Below are positions 26,425 through 34,881 of a DNA stretch of 37,868 nucleotides, piece after piece. Made by a program: the position numbers and the translations under genes. Each line of letters starts with the position of its first letter. Positions within the stretch are counted from its first letter, which is position 1. Source of the DNA: Bdellovibrionota bacterium (GTDB lineage: Bacteria > Bdellovibrionota_C > UBA2361 > OMII01); contig JBIKWG010000002.1 in assembly GCA_044356425.1 (NCBI GenBank), positions 1 to 37,868 on the forward strand. The letters run 5' to 3'. The notes below the pieces were generated by a model. That model saw nothing but the letters and a program-made list of their open reading frames with translations, made no database searches and was not told the DNA's origin.

Positions 26425-27192
26425 TTAGCGCTTCAATGCATCATCAGCAGGAATTGAGCGCATGCTCTTTGCTAGAAGCGATGTAATTGTTGGCAAGTAG
26501 TGCATCTGCTCAGCCAGAGAGTTCTCAAGCTCGATTGCGCACAGTGATGAGCAGCAGTGTGGAGGCAGAGCAGCCAGATACAAAAAGTCATCTGGACATG
26601 AAGCTATGTGAGCAGAGATGACAGGCGTGAGGTGGCCGTTGGCTTCGTGTCGAATTTGAACAGCGCTAATATGGTTCGCTCCAACAGCAAACGATTCCGC
26701 CAGAGAAACCGTAGCGCCAAAAGCCTCTGTGTTGACCGTATATGATTCTGCTAGGTGCGATAGGTCAACACACAACCCAGCAAATCCTTCGAGATCGTCC
26801 TCTGCTAATTGACGACGGGAAGAGCAATTCTCTATGAAAATCATCTCGCGAACTCTGTCGCTGAGGGGGTGTTCGAGCGAAAAATCCCACAGCGGATGGA
26901 GGTTAAAAGCTTCTGTTCCAAAGCTATCGCGCAGGAACCAGAACTCATCTTCGCGCATCGAGGCCACTGCATGCACAAATGGAATTGAGAATTGGTGTTC
27001 TTTGCGTGCTTTCAAAAGGGCGCTATAACAATCCTCGCGCTCTTGTGGGGATATTCCTGTTACGAATAGTGCTACCTCGCGCAGGCCGAGGGGTGATATT
27101 TCACTGATTTTACTGCGCCACGAGTTGCCGATCTTCGAGTGAGTTGTGATGGACGGCACTATACGTACATTCATATCCGGTAGTACGGACAC
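26425..27192 (-). CDS. Hypothetical protein, possibly a xylose-isomerase-like TIM-barrel fold
   Basis: 255-aa ORF (GTG at 27192, alternative ATG at 27174), 90 nt upstream of the TPR-GT41 gene on the same strand. The spaced IFIEN / CVDLSH / SAHIAS / AIELEN pattern loosely resembles the E-D-H-E metal ligands of AP_endonuc_2-type barrels. The functional call is weak. Confidence 0.5.
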   Translation of the reverse strand: MSVLPDMNVRIVPSITTHSKIGNSWRSKISEISPLGLREVALFVTGISPQEREDCYSALLKARKEHQFSIPFVHAVASMREDEFWFLRDSFGTEAFNLHPLWDFSLEHPLSDRVREMIFIENCSSRRQLAEDDLEGFAGLCVDLSHLAESYTVNTEAFGATVSLAESFAVGANHISAVQIRHEANGHLTPVISAHIASCPDDFLYLAALPPHCCSSLCAIELENSLAEQMHYLPTITSLLAKSMRSIPADDALKR

Positions 27193-27418
27193 TTATTGAA
27201 TAGACTTTCGAAAAGAGGGCGCTTTTTTGGAAAGGCAGCTCTATTTTGCCTCTCGGGGTATGACGAGGCTCCTTAAAATGCCCGAACCCTTGGTATTTCG
27301 ACCCATCAACCTCACTTTGGCTATGATCCGGGAGAGGGGGCCAGCTCTGTGAAATTTATGACAATCTCGGTTATCGGGGTTTGACGGCGACCCATAGGTT
27401 AAGGTTCAATGGCGGTCT

Positions 27419-28633
27419 ATGTCAGACACAAATACTAATTCAAAAGTCATCTCTGTTAAAACCAAAGGCTTTATCTCTATTAATAGCCATCCAACCGGCT
27501 GTGCTCACACTGTTAGCGAGTGGGCAGAGCGGGCAGGAAGCCGTCCAGCTATTGCTGGATTAGGTAGTGAGCCCAAGGCGCTCATCCTCGGAGGCACAAC
27601 AGGTTACGGTCTGGCGACCCGTGTTGTTTTAGCAGAAAATCTTGGCGCTTCGACGATCTCAGTCGGATTCGATGGGGCCCCGAGTGAGAGCCGGCCAGGA
27701 ACGGCTGGTTGGTACAACACCTATGCATTTCACAGCCGTTATCAGGGGGCTCATAAACATTTCAGCATCAACGGTGATGCTTTCGCTCAGGAGATTCGCG
27801 AGCAGGTTGCTTCTGTTATTCGAGAAAAGTTCGGAAAGATCGGTATATTCGTTTACAGCATTGCAGCTCCACGCCGAAAAGACCCTGCTACTGGCAACAC
27901 TTTTAATTCGGTGCTCAAGCCAACAGGCGCGCCGTACAGCGGGCTTACAGTTGAACTTGATGGTGGCAAGCTTTCGATGGCGAGCTTGCAGCCAGCAACA
28001 GAAGAAGAGGTTCAAAACACCACCAAGGTCATGGGCGGTGAGGATCTCATGCTATGGATCGAGTTCCTCAAGTCGCAAGGTCTGGTTGAAGAGAATCTGA
28101 AGGTAGTTGCCTATACGTATGAAGGTCCAGAGCTTAGCTGGCCGGTATACAAAGACGGAACAATCGGCAAGGCAAAGGATGATGTTAAGACTAAGATTGC
28201 AGCGATAAACTCAGATCTTGCCGCTGGGGGCGGACTTGCGCGTGTTGCCTACCTGCAGGCTACGGTGACTCAGGCAAGCTTAGCGATCCCAACTGTTCCT
28301 CTCTACGTTTCAGTTTACTCAAAAGTCATGAAAGAGCGGGGCTTGTTTGAGGATAACCTCGACCATGTGTTTCGAATGCTTGAGCTGTTAGGAAAAGAGA
28401 AACCAGCAGCGTCAGCGGATATATCTTTGCGAGCTGACGACCGTGAGCTTGAGCCCTCTGTTCAGGCAACTGTTAGTGAGCGCATGAAGAAGCTTGAGGC
28501 AGGCACAGTGCTCGACGCAGATTATTTCAAGGGTTTGCGCGGTGCCTTCTTGCAGCTCTTTGGCTTTGAGATTCCAGAGATCGATTACAGCGCTCCTGTT
28601 GACACGCTCTTTGGAAAAGCCTGGCCCCAGTAG
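27419..28633 (+). CDS. fabV: Enoyl-[acyl-carrier-protein] reductase FabV / trans-2-enoyl-CoA reductase
   Basis: Collinear with FabV as I remember it: GFISINSHPTGC, ALILGGTTGYGLATR, RPGTAGWYN, INGDAF, VYSIAAPRR, VMGGED, TVTQASLAIPTVPLYVS and LFGFEIPEIDY. Confidence 0.9.
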   Translation: MSDTNTNSKVISVKTKGFISINSHPTGCAHTVSEWAERAGSRPAIAGLGSEPKALILGGTTGYGLATRVVLAENLGASTISVGFDGAPSESRPGTAGWYNTYAFHSRYQGAHKHFSINGDAFAQEIREQVASVIREKFGKIGIFVYSIAAPRRKDPATGNTFNSVLKPTGAPYSGLTVELDGGKLSMASLQPATEEEVQNTTKVMGGEDLMLWIEFLKSQGLVEENLKVVAYTYEGPELSWPVYKDGTIGKAKDDVKTKIAAINSDLAAGGGLARVAYLQATVTQASLAIPTVPLYVSVYSKVMKERGLFEDNLDHVFRMLELLGKEKPAASADISLRADDRELEPSVQATVSERMKKLEAGTVLDADYFKGLRGAFLQLFGFEIPEIDYSAPVDTLFGKAWPQ

Positions 28634-28665
28634 TCAGTAGTCAGTAGTAGGTAGTGGGTGGTGGG
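28631..28665 (+). repeat. Five degenerate tandem heptamers beginning at the fabV stop codon
   Basis: The units read tagtcag / tagtcag / tagtagg / tagtggg / tggtggg. They place TAG in all three frames and end in the G-rich run gggtggtgggtgg. Confidence 0.6.
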
Positions 28666-28680
28666 TGGCTTACGCCACCC
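28663..28680. terminator. Stem-loop between the convergent fabV and pyruvyl-transferase genes
   Basis: gggtggc (28663-28669) pairs perfectly with gccaccc (28674-28680) around loop ttac. The loop contains the stop codon of the minus-strand gene (28670-28672). No strong U-tract. Confidence 0.4.
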
Positions 28681-29893
28681 GTTTCTCATTTGAACAACCG
28701 CTGTTAGTTCTCGCTGGAAAATAGCGAGCTACTAGGGTGTCAGCTGCGTGCTCAGCACCTATCTTTAACTCATGAATAATCGGGCGCTGGCGCTCTTGCA
28801 GCTGCTGGCGAGAGTTCCAAGCCTCAGTGAGCTTCGCTGAGAGGGAATCTACGGTAAGTGTGGCCAGCTCAAGTCCGTAGTCTTCACAGTCGAGCAGTCT
28901 TAGGTAGCCCCGAACTTTTGGTGCGTATACGAGTCCGACGACTGGAATCTCAACCGACGAGGCTAGAACGATGGAGTGAAATCTCATTCCAACCAGCATT
29001 CCGCAGCGCCGTAAAACTGCCTGAATGTCATGGCTCAGGTAGGTTGTGTTGGTGAGCACCGTGCCGCCCATTAGAGCTGCCAATTCGCGACAGGTCGCTT
29101 CGTCCATTGGATGAGTGCAAACAATCAGCGGCTGAAAGAAGTCTGTAACGGCTGCTTGCGTTTTCTTTACGCTATCTGCAAGCAGGTGCAAGAAGCGCTT
29201 TGGATCTTGTAGCCGCTCTTCAGCTTTGAGCCAGGTGTCTAAATATGCGGTAGCATTGATTGCTAGCACTGGCTTCTCGGGATCGAGCCCAATCTCTTTC
29301 ATGATAGATACAGCAACGGAGTCATCGGATACTGGATTGATGAATGCCGCGTCTCCGGTTAGCTCTACTGGCTGGGTCACGCCTATATCTTTTGTGAGTT
29401 TTTCGCTGTCCCGCTCGCGCATCATTACGAGGTCGCATCCATTTATTGTCCACTTCGCAAACAGTCTGCTAATCGCACTTTGAAAAGGACCGATGCCGGT
29501 GCTGTAACACACCATCTTGCATCCAAGCAGCCGCGCCAACGGCACCAGGAACACAAGGGTAATAAGGTAATTGAAAGCAGGATTAAAAAGCTTCTTACCA
29601 AAGATAATCCCGTCGCAGATGAGCGCACAGTCGCTCTTGGCCAGGCAGCGCAGCGTGGGTAGCCCAAGCAGGCGCAGGCTAAGCGTCCACGGCATCACGT
29701 TTACAGCCTTAACATTGTAGCGTTGGCCGTAGTGTTTCTTGACCCAATCAGGCTTGATAGTTGGAACGTAAAACTCAGCATCAGGCATCCGCTTTGACAG
29801 GCTCTCCATAATGCTGGACATAATTGCCATGTCGCCTAGGTTACGGCCTGAGTTGTTGCCCAAAAGAGTAATGCGGGGGTGAGTTCCTTTCAT
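28670..29893 (-). CDS. Polysaccharide pyruvyl transferase family protein
   Basis: N-terminal ITLLGNNSGRNLGDMAIMSSI (the N.GD motif of PS_pyruv_trans). The C-terminal region GMRFHSIVLASSVEIPVVGLVY is typical of CsaB/WcaK-like enzymes. Confidence 0.8.
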   Translation of the reverse strand: MKGTHPRITLLGNNSGRNLGDMAIMSSIMESLSKRMPDAEFYVPTIKPDWVKKHYGQRYNVKAVNVMPWTLSLRLLGLPTLRCLAKSDCALICDGIIFGKKLFNPAFNYLITLVFLVPLARLLGCKMVCYSTGIGPFQSAISRLFAKWTINGCDLVMMRERDSEKLTKDIGVTQPVELTGDAAFINPVSDDSVAVSIMKEIGLDPEKPVLAINATAYLDTWLKAEERLQDPKRFLHLLADSVKKTQAAVTDFFQPLIVCTHPMDEATCRELAALMGGTVLTNTTYLSHDIQAVLRRCGMLVGMRFHSIVLASSVEIPVVGLVYAPKVRGYLRLLDCEDYGLELATLTVDSLSAKLTEAWNSRQQLQERQRPIIHELKIGAEHAADTLVARYFPARTNSGCSNEKRVA

Positions 29894-30010
29894 AAACGCC
29901 CTGTGAACGGATTGTTACCGCTTCATTTGTATGTCGGGATGGCTCCTATATCAAGGGTATCAGCAAGGTTTTATTTGACTTAATCGGGGTTCGCTGCTAC
30001 GACTCGAACA

Positions 30011-30160
30011 TTGCGAGCGCCAGGGAAGAACGGTGAAATTCCGTCGCGGTCCCGCCGCTGTAACTGGGAGAAAGCCGCCTCATTCAAACCCACTGCTTTA
30101 CGATCACGTAAGCGGGAAGGGGAGGCGAGAGTGCCCACGAGCCAGAAGACCTTCTCGCAA
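30011..30160 (+). promoter_or_regulatory. Cobalamin (AdoCbl) riboswitch aptamer
   Basis: P1 is ttgcgag (30011-30017) paired with ctcgcaa (30154-30160). The conserved core is cAGGGAAgaacGGTGAAATTCCgtcGCGGTCCCGCCGCTGTAA, followed by CCCACTG...GCGGGAAGG. The B12 box GAGCCAGAAGACC sits at 30139-30151. It lies directly upstream of a TonB-dependent receptor gene. Confidence 0.9.
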
Positions 30161-30169
30161 GAGCTTAGG

Positions 30170-30192
30170 AAGAGAGACATATCGCTCTTTTT
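30170..30192 (+). terminator. AU-rich terminator-like hairpin in the riboswitch expression platform
   Basis: aagagaga (30170-30177) pairs with tcgctctt (30182-30189), giving 7 pairs and one internal mismatch. It runs into a T5 stretch (ctctttttg). The stem is weak, so the call is tentative. Confidence 0.3.
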
Positions 30193-30305
30193 GCCTATTC
30201 GAACAGCTACCCTCGAGGATTGGGGTGCCCAGTTCGCACCGACTATAGCCATATTTCATTCGCACGCGTGCGCGCGTGTGATGTTAACCTGATCACGGAG
30301 GTCGT

Positions 30306-32231
30306 GTGTCATATCGTATTGCCCTGTTTCCGTTCCCGGTTGTCATGGCGGCAGCCTTTGCAGTGCCTGCAACTGTTTTGAAGGCTGAAGAAGCGTCGAG
30401 CAAGAACCTGAACCCTATCATCGTTTCCGCTAGCCGCTTAGAGACTCGCGAATCGGATGTCGCAAGTTCGGTCACGGTAATATCCGAAGAAGAGATCAGG
30501 GCAGGGCACTACACCACAGTCGTGCAGGCGCTGCGTAAAGTGCCGGGGCTCGATCTCGTACAAACAGGTGGGCCAGGTGGAAATGTTGCGGCGTTTCTGC
30601 GCGGAGCAAATAGCGAGCACACGTTGGTGATGCTGGATGGAATTGAGCTTAACAATCCTGCCTCGCCCAATCGCGCGTATAACCTTGCAAATCTGACATT
30701 AGAGAACGTTGAGCGCATTGAGGTTATTCGTGGGCCGCAAAGTATGTTGTATGGCTCAGATGCCATGGGCGGGGTCATCAATATCATCACCAAACGGGCC
30801 GAGAAAGGCTCACGAGTGAGTGTGCGATCAGAAGCAGGTGCCTATCAAACGTTTAATCAAGTTGCCAGTGTAGCTTTGAGTGATGATCGCTATGATTCGT
30901 CCACCGCTGTCACAAGACAGGATATAGGCGGGATATCCTCTGCAAATGCGCGGGATGGAAATGTTGAGAATGACGGATATGAGAATACTTCGGTCACCAA
31001 CAGCAGTAGGTTCTCAGCAACAAAAGCATCTGAGTTGAAAACTACCACGCGCTACACCCGCTCGCATGCCAGTCTTGATAACAACGGAGGTGCTCGGGGT
31101 GATGATCCTAACCGTTTTCTTTTTAATGATGAGTTTTTCTCTCGTGGAGAAATATCCAATAGATCCCTATCGGGTGCCCTCGTCACCTCTGCATGGGCGT
31201 CTTATTCGCATCATTACCTGAAGGACTACAACAACCCCGATGAGCGCAGCCCTGAGACAATACGTTCTTCATACGGTGGAGATCTATTTGATTTTGGAGG
31301 GAAAGCCGCTTGGAGTCCGCAAAAATGGTTCTCTGGCGTTGTCGGAGCTGAGACCCAGCGCGAACGAGCCGATTCCTCGTACTATTCTGCAGGTCTGTAT
31401 GACCCGTACAGGGATGAGCTCTTAGGTCAGAGGGCTCGCACAAACAGCTTCTATGCAGAGAGTCGTGTGTCGTACAATGACGTTGCATTTATCGACGGCG
31501 GTGTGCGGCATGATGATCATTCGATCTTTGGAGGTCGAACTACTTTCAGAGTTGCGCCAGCAGTGTTGCTCGCTCCGGAAACAAAAGTTCGTGGGTCGAT
31601 TGGTACGGGGTTTAAAGCTCCATCGCTCGTTCAGCTCTATTCATCATATGGCAATGCAGATCTGGCGGCAGAGCGCAGCGTAGGCTGGGATGTCGGAGTC
31701 GATCAGCAGCTTTTTGCAAAGGAAGTAACGGTATCCGTCACCTACTTCAACAATAGTTTTGAAAATCTGATTTCGTTTGATCCTGCTACGTTTGTGTTGG
31801 AAAATATCAAGGATGCGCGCACCTCAGGTCTTGAGGGGGCGGTAACAGCGGCACTCTCAAAGAGTGTGACAACCAAGATGAGCTACACCTACACTGACAC
31901 GGAAGATCAGGCTACAAACGAGGCGCTGCTGCGGCGGCCAAAGAATAAAGGGACGGTCGGCTTAACGTACGCCCCTACTGAACGCTTCACAGCCGGCGTT
32001 CAGTTGCGGCTTGTTAGCAGCAGGTTTGATAACGATTTCTCAAGTTGGGAGCCTTCGCGTACTACTCTTGGAGGCTATAGCCTTTTAGATATTAATGCTG
32101 CGTACCGCATCTCTGAGACCCTCACCGTGTTTACTCGCGTCGATAACCTCTTGGATAAGGAGTATGAAGAGGTGTTTGGATATGGAACGATGGGAGCAGC
32201 AGCCTATGGCGGTGTTTCTATTACGATGTAG
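30306..32231 (+). CDS. btuB: TonB-dependent vitamin B12 outer-membrane receptor
   Basis: GTG start 4 nt after GGAGG. Signal peptide present. Ton box NPIIVSASRLE. Plug motif RGPQSMLYGSDAMGGVINIITK. The upstream cobalamin riboswitch supports the substrate call. Confidence 0.85.
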   Translation: MSYRIALFPFPVVMAAAFAVPATVLKAEEASSKNLNPIIVSASRLETRESDVASSVTVISEEEIRAGHYTTVVQALRKVPGLDLVQTGGPGGNVAAFLRGANSEHTLVMLDGIELNNPASPNRAYNLANLTLENVERIEVIRGPQSMLYGSDAMGGVINIITKRAEKGSRVSVRSEAGAYQTFNQVASVALSDDRYDSSTAVTRQDIGGISSANARDGNVENDGYENTSVTNSSRFSATKASELKTTTRYTRSHASLDNNGGARGDDPNRFLFNDEFFSRGEISNRSLSGALVTSAWASYSHHYLKDYNNPDERSPETIRSSYGGDLFDFGGKAAWSPQKWFSGVVGAETQRERADSSYYSAGLYDPYRDELLGQRARTNSFYAESRVSYNDVAFIDGGVRHDDHSIFGGRTTFRVAPAVLLAPETKVRGSIGTGFKAPSLVQLYSSYGNADLAAERSVGWDVGVDQQLFAKEVTVSVTYFNNSFENLISFDPATFVLENIKDARTSGLEGAVTAALSKSVTTKMSYTYTDTEDQATNEALLRRPKNKGTVGLTYAPTERFTAGVQLRLVSSRFDNDFSSWEPSRTTLGGYSLLDINAAYRISETLTVFTRVDNLLDKEYEEVFGYGTMGAAAYGGVSITM

Positions 32232-32235
32232 ACTA

Positions 32236-33111
32236 ATGTGTGCCAGGCGGCTCGTCGCACTGGCACTGTTATTTGTTGCTAGCGCTGATATTGCGGAGGC
32301 TCACAGTGGGCGTTGTCAGCGAATTGTTTCATTGTCTCCAAGTCTGACCGAGATGCTATTTGCTCTTGGGCTTGGACCGAATGTCGTCGGAGTAACTCGC
32401 TTCTGTCGGTATCCTACGGAGGCAAACAATCTTCCAAAGGTCGGCGGTTTTTATGATGTTGCGCTTGAAGCCATCTGGTCTTTGAAGCCCTCGCTCGTTG
32501 TTTCGTTGGAAGAGGGCGCAGATCTTTCGCGCTCGGCAGCGCAGCTCGGGTTTTCATTTCTTAAGGTCGATCATCGCTCAGTTAAAGGTATCAAGCAGAG
32601 CCTTATTGAGCTTGGTTCTATCTGCGGAGTGCCAGAGAACGCTGCTCGCGTTGTTAACACGATGCAGGAGGAAGAGCGTGAGATTACAAGCCGTGTGGCT
32701 TTAGCCCCACGTTATCGAGTCTTGGTCGTTGTCGGGCGTATGCACGAGAGAGGTGCTGCCACGAGTCTTTTTGTCTCGGGAGTGGATGGATACTACACTG
32801 ACATTCTTGCTCTTATAGGCGTCGAAAACGTCAATAAAAAGGCGACAGTGGCCGTACCAATGCTATCAGCCGAGGGTCTTTTAAGTTTGAATCCAGATGT
32901 CATAGTAGAGATACGTAATCAAGACGATCCTCAGTCAGACCGTAGCGTTGAAAAGCTTTGGGCCGCCTATCCCACGATAACAGCAGTCAAGCAACATCGG
33001 GTCTTTGCCCTATCGGAAGATTTTGCCAGTATCCCCGGCGTGCGGTATCCGCGATTGGCTCGGGAGCTGGCCCGCCGCATCCATCCAGAGCGATTTGTAA
33101 ATGACAGGTAG
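32236..33111 (+). CDS. btuF: Periplasmic cobalamin/siderophore-type ABC substrate-binding protein (BtuF-like)
   Basis: The ATG at 32236 follows the btuB stop by 4 nt, so the track extension from 32095 overlaps btuB and is unlikely. Signal peptide MCARRLVALALLFVASADIAEA. RIVSLSPSLTEMLFALGL...VVGVT is the BtuF/FecB-type N-lobe motif. Confidence 0.7.
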   Translation: MCARRLVALALLFVASADIAEAHSGRCQRIVSLSPSLTEMLFALGLGPNVVGVTRFCRYPTEANNLPKVGGFYDVALEAIWSLKPSLVVSLEEGADLSRSAAQLGFSFLKVDHRSVKGIKQSLIELGSICGVPENAARVVNTMQEEEREITSRVALAPRYRVLVVVGRMHERGAATSLFVSGVDGYYTDILALIGVENVNKKATVAVPMLSAEGLLSLNPDVIVEIRNQDDPQSDRSVEKLWAAYPTITAVKQHRVFALSEDFASIPGVRYPRLARELARRIHPERFVNDR

Positions 33112-33119
33112 GGCACGTA

Positions 33120-33824
33120 ATGAGGTCTCCTCTTATTGAGGCACAAAAGCTGGAGGTTCTTGGCAGTGATGGACAGATGTTGCTTCGCGACGTCTGTTTC
33201 TCGTGTGCCCCCGGTGAGCGTATTGCTGTGGTCGGCCCTAACGGGGCAGGCAAGACCACGTTGGCAAAAACCATTACAGGAATTGGGCCCGGATACTACG
33301 GGTCGTTAATCGTCCGTAATGAGGGCGAAATACGCTCGATTGCACCAGCAGCCCTCTCTCGTATTGTAAGCTACGTACCCCAGCGGGTAGAGTCGCTGCC
33401 CTACTTTAGCGTTGAGCAGTTTATTGAGCTAAGTGGCGGAGTATCGGGCTTTAAGCAGCTGCGCGAATCGTTGTCGTCACTATATACACGACGGCTACCA
33501 CAGCTGAGTGGAGGCGAATTGCAGCGTGTTTTGGTAGCCGGTGCGATAGTTCAGGGGGCGCAGCTCATAGTGCTTGATGAGCCAACAGCGAGCCTTGATC
33601 CGCGAGGTCGCCGGGAGGTACGCGAGCTTCTGATGGACACTGTGAAGCAGATGAATATCGCCTGTGTCCTGGTAACGCATGATATCTCGCTCGCTATGCA
33701 CTGTTGTGAGCGCGTTATCGTTATGAAGGGCGGAAGGATAGCCGCTGATCTTGCAACTGAAAGCAGTGAGCTGCCTGCTGCATTAGAAGCAGCCTATGAG
33801 TGTCAACGTGATGAATTTCGATAG
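33120..33824 (+). CDS. btuD: ABC transporter ATP-binding protein (BtuD/FecE type)
   Basis: Walker A GPNGAGKTTL, signature LSGGELQRV, Walker B LIVLDEPTASLD, H-loop VTHD. Confidence 0.8.
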   Translation: MRSPLIEAQKLEVLGSDGQMLLRDVCFSCAPGERIAVVGPNGAGKTTLAKTITGIGPGYYGSLIVRNEGEIRSIAPAALSRIVSYVPQRVESLPYFSVEQFIELSGGVSGFKQLRESLSSLYTRRLPQLSGGELQRVLVAGAIVQGAQLIVLDEPTASLDPRGRREVRELLMDTVKQMNIACVLVTHDISLAMHCCERVIVMKGGRIAADLATESSELPAALEAAYECQRDEFR

Positions 33825-34812
33825 CAAAAGCTTTTCCATGAGAGCTAAGATTCTTGGAACCACAGCATTATTGGTTGCGCTATCGGCAGCCTCAATGCTG
33901 TGTGGCGCAACTTGTTATTCAGTCAGCGAACTGCTCTCAGACCCAACTGTTGGTGAGATTGTGTGGAAGCTCCGCCTTCCCCGAGTGTTGCTCGCAATAG
34001 TTGTCGGCGGCGGTCTTGCTCTTGTCGGGGCGATGTATCAGTCGCTGTTTCGCAACCAATTAGCGAGCCCTTTCTCACTGGGGGTATCATCGGGTGCGGC
34101 GCTTGGTTCTTCTGTGGCGTTAGTATGGGGGCTCCCAAGTTTTTTTGGCGGAAAAGATGTGTGTCTGGCTGCCATGCTTGCCGCGCTTTGTAGTATCGCG
34201 GCGATATCGGCACTAAGTCGGCGAGAGGCAAGTGGCGATCGACTGCTTCTCGTTGGAGTAGTGTTTAGCTTTCTCTGCTCGAGCGCCCTGACTCTGGTTC
34301 AGTACCTTGCAGACTACTCGCAGCTCTTCAAAGTAACGCGCTGGTTAATGGGGGGAGTTCCCGCAGCAACTTTCTCCGATGTTGCAGTGGGAGCGACTCT
34401 AACTGCCGGATTGCTCATCTTTGGCGTGCGAGAATCTCGCTCGTTCGATCTTCTTCTTTTTGGGGACGAAGTAGCCCGGACAAAAGGGATTGATGCAAAG
34501 CGGGTGCGCAATCTGACTTTTGTTGTTAGCTCGCTCTTTGTGGGGTGGGTTGTTGCTTACTGCGGGGTAATCGGATTTGTTGGGATAGTGGTCCCTGCCC
34601 TGGCGCGTATTTTTGTTGGGATTACCCACCGAGCTATGTTTCCCTTCAGCTTTCTATGCGGCGCGCTTCTGTTGGTCGCGTGTGATCTTTTTGGGCGAGT
34701 CATATCGCCACCTTTTGAAGTGCCAGCAGGGGTCTTTACAGCGCTGCTGGGAGGGCCGGTTTTCATCGCAATGCTGCTGACGTCCACTGTTCGCGGCCGT
34801 CTGTTTGCCTAG
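33796..34812 (+). CDS. btuC: FecCD-family ABC permease (BtuC-like)
   Basis: LRLPRVLLAIVVGGGLALVGAMYQSLFRNQLASPFSLGVSSGAALG is the FecCD/BtuC core. The track start overlaps btuD by 29 nt. The ATG at 33838 (MRAKILG...) is a non-overlapping alternative. Confidence 0.8.
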   Translation: MSVNVMNFDSKSFSMRAKILGTTALLVALSAASMLCGATCYSVSELLSDPTVGEIVWKLRLPRVLLAIVVGGGLALVGAMYQSLFRNQLASPFSLGVSSGAALGSSVALVWGLPSFFGGKDVCLAAMLAALCSIAAISALSRREASGDRLLLVGVVFSFLCSSALTLVQYLADYSQLFKVTRWLMGGVPAATFSDVAVGATLTAGLLIFGVRESRSFDLLLFGDEVARTKGIDAKRVRNLTFVVSSLFVGWVVAYCGVIGFVGIVVPALARIFVGITHRAMFPFSFLCGALLLVACDLFGRVISPPFEVPAGVFTALLGGPVFIAMLLTSTVRGRLFA

Positions 34813-34881
34813 CCTCTGAATCAACGTGGTGAGAGAGTGATATACTGGATGCTCATAGAGATACGGGCTACAATAGGTGGC

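Noticed and set aside
29980-30292. Three overlapping ORFs (90, 93 and 71 aa) in the track between the pyruvyl transferase and btuB.
   Set aside because: They lie on the cobalamin riboswitch and its expression platform. The RNA element explains the conservation-like structure, and the ORFs have no SD or protein-like features.
30312-30325. An exact 14-nt direct repeat TATCGTATTGCCCT at 30312-30325 (start of btuB) and 36072-36085 (the Lon-N/srkA spacer).
   Set aside because: Several 14-mer coincidences are expected by chance in a 38-kb window counted on both strands. There is no extended similarity on either side.
32095-32235. A 47-codon N-terminal extension of the BtuF-like ORF that overlaps the btuB 3' end.
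   Set aside because: The extension has no signal-peptide character. The ATG at 32236 starts a canonical signal peptide 4 nt after the btuB stop.
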